NCBI GenBank assembly: GCA_945865625.1
Contig: CAMBFD010000002.1
Coordinates: forward strand, 35,857-99,856
Reading direction: 5' to 3'
DNA: 64,000 nt
Source of the DNA: Chitinophaga pinensis
GTDB taxonomy: Bacteria; Bacteroidota; Bacteroidia; NS11-12g; UBA955
In this document: in pieces, positions 58,301 to 64,000 of the stretch
How positions within the stretch are numbered: the first letter of the stretch is position 1
Layout of the letters: every line of letters starts with the position of its first letter
Program-made: the position numbers and the translations under genes
The notes under the pieces: model-generated
Database searches by the model: none
Seen by the model: only the letters and a program-made list of their open reading frames with translations
What the model was told of the DNA's origin: nothing

Positions 58301-59719
58301 ATGGTCTTTGCAAGTCTAACGTTTTTATTGGTTTTCTTTCCTATCTCTCTTTTGGTGTATTTAATTTGCCCCAATTTAGCCCTTAAGAATTTTGTATTAA
58401 TTGTTTCCTCAATAATTTTTTATTCTTGGGGGGAGCCAGTTTGGATATTTCTTTTACTTCTGACAACAATTATGGATTTCCAGATGGCAAAATTAATTGA
58501 GAAATACATCGATCATTCAAAGTCTAAACTGTATTTATACATTTCAATTGCACTGAGTTTAGGAGCCTTAATATTTTTCAAATACGGTATATTTATTGTT
58601 GAAAATTTCAATTTTATCACAGGCTTAAATATTCAGTACCCTAAGTTGGATATGCCAATTGGAATTTCTTTTTATACATTTCAATCCATAAGTTACATGG
58701 TTGATGTGTATAACGGAAAGGTTAAATCTGAGAGAAGTTATTCTAAATATTTATTGTTTATTTCACTCTTTCATCAACTTATTGCAGGTCCAATTGTGCG
58801 TTATACAGACATTGCTAAAGAGATTTCGTCTCGTTCGGTTACTTGGTCTGATATTTCATATGGTGTGGATCGATTTGCTAAAGGGTTGTTTAAAAAGGTG
58901 TTTTTTGCAAATACAGCAGCTCTTTTGGTAGGAAGTTGTTTAGATCGTGATTTAACAACCTTAACAATTGTTGAGGGTGTTTTGGGTTTAATTATGTTTG
59001 CAATTCAACTTTACTATGATTTTAGTGGATATTCAGATATGGCCATTGGCATGGGTAGGATGATTGGTTTTACATATTGTGAGAATTTCAATTATCCTTA
59101 TGCGTCAAAATCAATTAAAGAATTTTGGTCGCGCTGGCACATTAGTTTAGGTACCTTCTTGAAAGATTATCTCTTTAATCCCATTGCCTTTAAAAGAAAA
59201 AAATGGGGGAAATTTGCTATAATCTATAGTTTGTTAATCACATTTTTCGTGAGTGGCTTATGGCATGGAGCAAGCTGGAATTTTGTTTTCTGGGGATTGT
59301 ATTTTGCCCTTTTAATTATTTTAGAAGAATGGTTCTTGAATCGTATTTTACAAAAGCTAGGAACATGGGCTCAACATTTGTATTTAATTCTTGCTGTTGT
59401 GTTTAGTTACACATTCTTTTATTTTGTGGATTTTTCAAAAATGAAGACATTTTTGGGTGTTTTATTCAATGGAAATACGCCATTCTACAATGCTGAAATC
59501 ATTACGGAATTATTGAATCATGGAATTTGGTTGTTGTTTGCTGTTTTCTTTCTTTTTCCTTGGGGTGATCAAATTGTCAAATATTTCATTAAATTATTCA
59601 AAATAAATTCTTCTTTTGTGTTTGCAGTGAAGTCCCTCATAAATTTAAGTTTAATTTGTATTGCAATTTCTTTACTCGTTGCAAAATCTTATAATCCATT
59701 TTTGTACTTCCGTTTTTAA
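58301..59719 (+). CDS. MBOAT-family membrane O-acyltransferase (AlgI/PatA/DltB-like)
   Basis: 472-aa polytopic protein. Conserved-His motifs FWSRWHISLGTFLKDYLFNP and SGLWHGASWNFVFWG. Confidence 0.9.
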   Translation: MVFASLTFLLVFFPISLLVYLICPNLALKNFVLIVSSIIFYSWGEPVWIFLLLLTTIMDFQMAKLIEKYIDHSKSKLYLYISIALSLGALIFFKYGIFIVENFNFITGLNIQYPKLDMPIGISFYTFQSISYMVDVYNGKVKSERSYSKYLLFISLFHQLIAGPIVRYTDIAKEISSRSVTWSDISYGVDRFAKGLFKKVFFANTAALLVGSCLDRDLTTLTIVEGVLGLIMFAIQLYYDFSGYSDMAIGMGRMIGFTYCENFNYPYASKSIKEFWSRWHISLGTFLKDYLFNPIAFKRKKWGKFAIIYSLLITFFVSGLWHGASWNFVFWGLYFALLIILEEWFLNRILQKLGTWAQHLYLILAVVFSYTFFYFVDFSKMKTFLGVLFNGNTPFYNAEIITELLNHGIWLLFAVFFLFPWGDQIVKYFIKLFKINSSFVFAVKSLINLSLICIAISLLVAKSYNPFLYFRF

Positions 59720-59728
59720 TCACATAAA

Positions 59729-61021
59729 ATGAAAAATAAATTGATAATATTTAATGTGATTGCGCCATTTGTTTTGATCATTGGAATTATGTTAGGCACT
59801 TTTTTTTCTAATAAAGAAAGCATTTCTGAATTGGAAAAAAGAAAGTTGGCAATACTCCCAGAATTAACTTTAAATAATTGGATGAGCGGCATTTTTTCCA
59901 GTAGTGTAGAAGATTATTTATCAGACCATGTGATATGTCGTAATTCATTCATTACATTATCTGATAATTGTAAAGAATTGTATAATTTCAAACTCATTTC
60001 TCCTGTGAATCCCGAGTCCGATGGCGTATTGGTTAAAATAAAAACGACTCGAAAAAGCAAAATGAACGAAGGCATGCAGCCACCTAAAGACGTACCTAAC
60101 AGTAGAGCACTGTTGTTAGATACAAATCAAGAATTAGTAAGTACAGAAGGCATTTATATTTATGATAGTTGCGCGTATCAATTTTTTGGGGGAAGTAAAA
60201 ATAGTGCATCACGATATGCGAAATCAATCAATACCATAATCTCTAGTTTATCAGACTCAATTCGTGTTTATGCTTTACTCGTGCCATCGTCAACAGAGTT
60301 TTTTTTGCCAAAAGACAAGTATAAAGGCAAATCTAAATCGGAAGAAGCAAATATTAATTATGTCTACAGCAAATTATCTCCCAAAATTAGGACAACAAAT
60401 ATTTATAACCGTTTAGCTTCACACAACCGCGAATATTTGTATTTCAAAACAGATCACCATTGGACTGCCCGCGGTGCATATTATGCGTATCTTGAATTTT
60501 CTGGAACGGCAGGTTTTGTTCCAACGCCATTGAGTGAGATGAAGCCAACTTTTATGAAAAGTTCGTTTTTGGGTAGTTTATATGCTTTAACCCGACATTT
60601 ATCATTAAAAGGAAATCCAGACAGAATTGAATATTTCGACAAGAATTTTAATGGGGCAAAGGCTTATTTCAAAATGAAACCATCTGAAAATTGGAAAAAG
60701 ACTCAAATTGTCAATAAAAAAGGGGAATATGGAATTGGTTATGGTGTGTTTTTAGGCATTGATTACCCAATAATGAAAATAGAGGGTAGTGTCAAAAATG
60801 GTAGAAATTTAATGGTGATAAAAGATTCCTATGCCAATGCGTTTATCCCATTTTTGGTCGCGCATTTCGAGAAAATATTTGTGGCCGATATTCGCTACTT
60901 CCCTTATAAAATTACTAGCTTTGTAAAAGATAATCGAGTGAACGAGGTCCTAATTATGAATCATGTTGTTACTGCAAACAGTCCATTTTCATCAAATAAA
61001 TTGATTAAATTAATAAAATAA
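59729..61021 (+). CDS. DHHW / AlgJ-AlgX-like SGNH-fold periplasmic O-acyltransferase partner, N-terminally anchored
   Basis: 430 aa with one N-terminal TM helix, the signature KTDHHWTARGAYYAY, and a downstream Ser motif VIKDSYANAF. Confidence 0.7.
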   Translation: MKNKLIIFNVIAPFVLIIGIMLGTFFSNKESISELEKRKLAILPELTLNNWMSGIFSSSVEDYLSDHVICRNSFITLSDNCKELYNFKLISPVNPESDGVLVKIKTTRKSKMNEGMQPPKDVPNSRALLLDTNQELVSTEGIYIYDSCAYQFFGGSKNSASRYAKSINTIISSLSDSIRVYALLVPSSTEFFLPKDKYKGKSKSEEANINYVYSKLSPKIRTTNIYNRLASHNREYLYFKTDHHWTARGAYYAYLEFSGTAGFVPTPLSEMKPTFMKSSFLGSLYALTRHLSLKGNPDRIEYFDKNFNGAKAYFKMKPSENWKKTQIVNKKGEYGIGYGVFLGIDYPIMKIEGSVKNGRNLMVIKDSYANAFIPFLVAHFEKIFVADIRYFPYKITSFVKDNRVNEVLIMNHVVTANSPFSSNKLIKLIK

Positions 61022-61029
61022 GGTTGGAG

Positions 61030-62610
61030 ATGCGTTTGATTTTTCTACTCAACTTTATCTTATGTTTCAATGTTGGGTTTTCACAGCAATCCGATACCGC
61101 TGCTCAAAATATAATTGATATTTGTACGGCCGATGACAATCAAATTCAAAATGATATTTCTCTCCGTTTTTGGTTTCAATCGCTAGATTCCCTTAGAAAA
61201 AAACAAAAGCTTAAGTTAAATATTATTCATATTGGCGATTCTCACATCCAAGGTGATTATATGTCGAGAACAATCCGCTTCAGGCTACAACAAGAATTTG
61301 GCGAAGGGGGACGGGGATTGGTCTTCCCATATTCTTTTTTAAATATGTATGGACCAGTTGATTACAAGTGTAAAACAAATGTTAAATGGGAAAATTCGCG
61401 TATTTTCCCAAGAGAAAAAAATTATCCAGTTGGATTGGTTGGTTATACTGTAGCGTCAAATAACCCTAATCTACAAGCCATGATTGAGTTGACTGGCCCT
61501 CCCAAGAAATCGTGGGGATCGCTTGAAAATTTTACTAGTTTTCCAGACAATCGTTTTAATAGGGTTAAAATTATTTATTCAAATGATTCTCAAGCAATGC
61601 CAGTGGTTGTCTCGCAGATGCCGTTGGAGAATACAAAGGTTGAAGCCTATCGTTTGCCAAATTTCTCATTGAATGATACATCTGGTTTTCAAATTCAAAC
61701 AATTGATTTTGAAAATCTATCTGACAAAATAGAAATTAAGGCAGATTCAACTACAAAATTTGCCAAGCCCTTTCAATTGTATGGTTTAATTTTTGAAAAT
61801 ACCCAACGTGAAGGTATCGTTTATCATATGGCTGGAGTTGGAGCTTGTCAGTTAGATAATTTCATGCGATCTAAATATTTTTTCTCTCAAACAACAGCGT
61901 TAAGTCCAAACCTTATCATTATTTCATTGGGTGCCAATGAATCTGTAAATCAGCGCTTTGATACAGTTGGGTATGTAAAAAAATTCGTTGGTCTTATCGA
62001 AAATTTAAAGAAAGAAATTCCTGGTGTTTCAATATTATTGACAACTCCACCTGATATTTTGTATAAAGGCAAACTGCCATTTATGAAAAAACCAATTCAA
62101 AGGGCAATAATAAAAATTGCAACAGAAACAAATAGTGCGTTTTGGAATTTAGGAGAATTGATGGGAGGAGATTATTCAAACCATATCTGGCACTTATCAA
62201 AATTCGCTGGGCCTGATAGAATTCATTTTACGCCAAAAGGGTATGATTTTCAGGGATTGTTATTTATGGAAGCACTTTTGAAATCATATAATAAGTATTC
62301 GTATTTCCCTGTAAATGACTCTGTGATTAAAAATGATTTGGAACCTTATCGAAAATTGTTAAAAGAGAATTATGTAAATGAGGTTTCTAGAATTAATCAA
62401 TTCAAAGAAAGAGTTGTAGATTCAAATTCACAACAACCTTCGAGGTTAAATATTGATCATTCAAATAGGAAAATACATTTGGTTAGAAAAAATGAAACCA
62501 TCTTTTCCATTTCTCGAAAATTCAAAATTGATTATCGAGTGATTTTACGTTTAAATGGATTGAGAAAAAGTTCAGTGATTAAACCAGGACAAAAAATAAA
62601 ACTAAATTGA
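61030..62610 (+). CDS. Secreted SGNH/GDSL hydrolase-fold protein with a C-terminal LysM domain
   Basis: Signal peptide MRLIFLLNFILCFNVGFSQQ. SGNH blocks IIHIGDSHIQGD (I), IIISLGANES (III) and DRIHFTPKGY (V). C-terminal LysM reads HLVRKNETIFSISRKFKIDYRVILRLNGLRKSSVIKPGQKIKL. The track start at 61024 is a TTG. Confidence 0.75.
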   Translation: MRLIFLLNFILCFNVGFSQQSDTAAQNIIDICTADDNQIQNDISLRFWFQSLDSLRKKQKLKLNIIHIGDSHIQGDYMSRTIRFRLQQEFGEGGRGLVFPYSFLNMYGPVDYKCKTNVKWENSRIFPREKNYPVGLVGYTVASNNPNLQAMIELTGPPKKSWGSLENFTSFPDNRFNRVKIIYSNDSQAMPVVVSQMPLENTKVEAYRLPNFSLNDTSGFQIQTIDFENLSDKIEIKADSTTKFAKPFQLYGLIFENTQREGIVYHMAGVGACQLDNFMRSKYFFSQTTALSPNLIIISLGANESVNQRFDTVGYVKKFVGLIENLKKEIPGVSILLTTPPDILYKGKLPFMKKPIQRAIIKIATETNSAFWNLGELMGGDYSNHIWHLSKFAGPDRIHFTPKGYDFQGLLFMEALLKSYNKYSYFPVNDSVIKNDLEPYRKLLKENYVNEVSRINQFKERVVDSNSQQPSRLNIDHSNRKIHLVRKNETIFSISRKFKIDYRVILRLNGLRKSSVIKPGQKIKLN

Positions 62611-62613
62611 TTT

Positions 62614-62853
62614 TTAAAATTTGCTGGCAATGATTTCAATCATGTCGCCCACATTTTCCATTCGCATTAACTCTCTCAATTTAAATTCAATATTAAAATC
62701 TTTTTCCACTTCTTGAATTAAAACAAGATGCGTAAATGAATCCCAACCTTCAACGTCTTTTGCGCTCGTTAAGTTGTCAATTTGAATCGATTTTAATTTA
62801 AAAACAGTATTAAATATGAGTTGTAGTTTTGAGAGAATTTCATTTTTTTCCAT
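62614..62853 (-). CDS. Acyl carrier protein (stand-alone, polysaccharide-locus type)
   Basis: 79 aa with the phosphopantetheine-attachment context DVEGWDSFTHLVLIQEVEKDF. Four-helix length. Confidence 0.75.
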   Translation of the reverse strand: MEKNEILSKLQLIFNTVFKLKSIQIDNLTSAKDVEGWDSFTHLVLIQEVEKDFNIEFKLRELMRMENVGDMIEIIASKF

Positions 62854-63487
62854 AAAAAATCATGTTAATTTTTGTGTTGTCGGCAAGGAGTTTTTTTTCC
62901 TTTAGACCACTCAAAGTTATACGTTTATTTTCTACAAACCCAATTCTTTCATACAATTTTTTAGCTTTGGAATTGGATTCTAGAACTTGGATTTGAAAAT
63001 TAGAAGTTGAACTTTCGTTGATTAAAACATTCATCATATTGAACATAATACCTTGCCCCCTATATTCATCTTCAGTAAACAAAAAGTCAAATTGATAATG
63101 ATTTGGTTCTCTGTTAATAGCAATCTGTTTTAGCTGATCATAGCGATTCATAAAATCTGGTTGTGTAACCTTGTTTTTGTTTATAAAAGATAAATATTGA
63201 AATTTCTGAATTTCTGAATTTGAAATTTCAGGTTCTCGCCAATAGGCCAATGCTGCTAAAGGTGTATCTCTTTCATTTACCGATACATACCAATGGGTTA
63301 AACTCCATGGAAGAATTTGAAAGTCTTCTATAAATGCCTCATTTAGTTGTTCACTAAGTGTGTTTTCAGGAATGTCAAACAAAGTGCAATAACTAATAAT
63401 ATCTGTTCCGATTTTTTCAGATTGAAACACCGATTGGATCAAAAAAGGGATGTCCTTTATTTCAGCTTTTCGAATTTTGTATTTCAT
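62840..63487 (-). CDS. GNAT-family acyltransferase
   Basis: 215 aa with the acyl-CoA-binding motif A, YRGQGIMFNMMNVLI, and a C-terminal KKLYERIGF. Overlaps the ACP start by 14 nt. Confidence 0.7.
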   Translation of the reverse strand: MKYKIRKAEIKDIPFLIQSVFQSEKIGTDIISYCTLFDIPENTLSEQLNEAFIEDFQILPWSLTHWYVSVNERDTPLAALAYWREPEISNSEIQKFQYLSFINKNKVTQPDFMNRYDQLKQIAINREPNHYQFDFLFTEDEYRGQGIMFNMMNVLINESSTSNFQIQVLESNSKAKKLYERIGFVENKRITLSGLKEKKLLADNTKINMIFYGKK

Positions 63488-63497
63488 TTAAAAGTAA

Positions 63498-63529
63498 TTG
63501 AATATGAAGTGGCGACATTTATATATTTG
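63498..63529 (+). promoter_or_regulatory. Orphan promoter TTG-N21-TATATTTG pointing into the GNAT / tRNA-His spacer
   Basis: TTG at 63498-63500 and -7 box at 63522-63529 on the plus strand. No annotated plus-strand gene lies downstream before the terminator at 63725. Confidence 0.4.
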
Positions 63530-63724
63530 CAATTTTTGAGTATATGAAACTTTATAATTTGAAATGAATCATGAGCAATGCAATGCAAGTTCGTATTTTA
63601 CAGTTTACGATGCAAACTTTCATTGATAACGTAAATAAAAAATAAATTTTCAACTAGGAATTTATTTTCACGGTCATGCTTAAGAAAAAGGTGTTATGTT
63701 GTAAAACATGAAATGTACAAAATC

Positions 63725-63752
63725 AAAAAAGAGGCAAAAGCCTCTTTTTTTT
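63725..63752. terminator. Bidirectional rho-independent terminator downstream of tRNA-His
   Basis: A-run, stem gaggc (63731-63735), loop aaaa, stem gcctc (63740-63744), 8-T run. Confidence 0.7.
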
Positions 63753-63759
63753 GTTTTAG

Positions 63760-63834
63760 GGCGACCGACCGGGATCGAACCGGCGACCTCCAGATCCACA
63801 AACTAGCGCTCTAACCTACTGAGCTACGACCGCC
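63760..63834 (-). tRNA. tRNA-His (anticodon GTG)
   Basis: Manual fold. Encoded G-1 pairs with discriminator C73. Acceptor GCGGTCG/CGGTCGC has two G-U pairs. D arm GCTC-AGTAGGTTA-GAGC. Anticodon arm CTAGT-TTGTGGA-TCTGG. T arm GCCGG-TTCGATC-CCGGT. No encoded CCA. Confidence 0.9.
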
Positions 63835-63847
63835 ATCTAAATTACTG

Positions 63848-63878
63848 CAAATATAGATTTATTTTTTTCAAGTATCAA
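63848..63878 (-). promoter_or_regulatory. tRNA-His promoter (TTG-N20-TATATTTG)
   Basis: On the minus strand the -7 box is 63855-63848 and the TTG is 63878-63876. The box ends 13 nt upstream of the tRNA 5' end. Confidence 0.5.
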
Positions 63879-63908
63879 CTGGAATTTGATGAATTTTGGA
63901 AATCTTTT

Positions 63909-63939
63909 TTGCTCTACCATTTTAACTGCATTACTTTTG
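63909..63939 (+). promoter_or_regulatory. Promoter TTG-N20-TACTTTTG at the right edge
   Basis: TTG at 63909-63911 and -7 box at 63932-63939, 5 nt before ATG 63945. Confidence 0.4.
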
Positions 63940-63944
63940 TTTCC

Positions 63945-64000
63945 ATGCAACAAAAATTATCGGCCCTATGGATTGTTGGTTGGTTTCCAACCAATGTAAA
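63945..64000 (+). CDS. Possible 5' end of a gene running off the right edge (MQQKLSALWIVGWFPTNV...)
   Basis: An ATG directly follows a well-formed promoter and the frame is open to the window end. Only 18 codons are visible, so this is very tentative. Confidence 0.25.
   Translation, partial: MQQKLSALWIVGWFPTNV

Noticed and set aside
57862-63834. Integrative mobile element at tRNA-His
   Set aside because: No integrase, excisionase, transposase or att-type direct repeat is visible. Only a compositional impression and the tRNA adjacency support it, so it is reported as a low-confidence finding and not as a mobile_element feature.
63889-63999. 36-codon ORF MNFGNLFCSTILTALLLFPCNKNYRPYGLLVGFQPM at the right edge
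   Set aside because: It terminates inside the window and starts upstream of the promoter -7 box. The alternative frame from ATG 63945 fits the promoter better, although it is itself only tentative.

Overview
This window looks like a chromosomal segment of a low-GC Bacteroidota (Flavobacteriia-like) genome. The evidence is a SusC-type receptor, a T9SS C-terminal sorting domain on a giant adhesin, a PorT-family gene downstream of menG/ubiE, many TAnnTTTG -7 promoter boxes, and atpD-atpC detached from the rest of the ATP synthase genes. I support about 60 protein-coding genes, one tRNA-His(GTG), nine rho-independent terminators and a set of promoter boxes. Most of the content is ordinary housekeeping: atpDC, yidC, dprA, lepA, dcd, rpsP-rimM-trmD, uvrD/pcrA, glyQS, pgk, corA, hisS, engB, menG, tgt, lptF/G, rlmI, panB, dnaK, fsa, folE. 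I see no CRISPR array, IS element, integrase, phage gene or recognisable defence or toxin system, and I cannot claim a clearly novel system with confidence. Six things deserve a second look. (1) An apparently lower-GC five-gene block at 58.3-63.5 kb next to tRNA-His has MBOAT, DHHW/AlgJ-like and SGNH+LysM genes converging on a translationally coupled GNAT + acyl carrier protein pair. This may be a carrier-protein-fed envelope O-acylation module. (2) Two intergenic copies (37.3 kb and 50.9 kb) of a mosaic built from the same three short tandem-repeat families, with periods of 7, 8 and 9 nt. (3) A small secreted protein made of six 18-aa repeats. (4) Ribosomal protein S16 carries a nine-copy acidic 9-aa repeat tail. 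(5) hisS is translationally coupled to a HAL-family ammonia-lyase, with no other hut genes nearby. (6) Consensus -7 boxes lie only 4-17 nt from many start codons, implying leaderless or very short-leader mRNAs. All family calls rest on motifs read by eye and recalled family knowledge; no database search was run.
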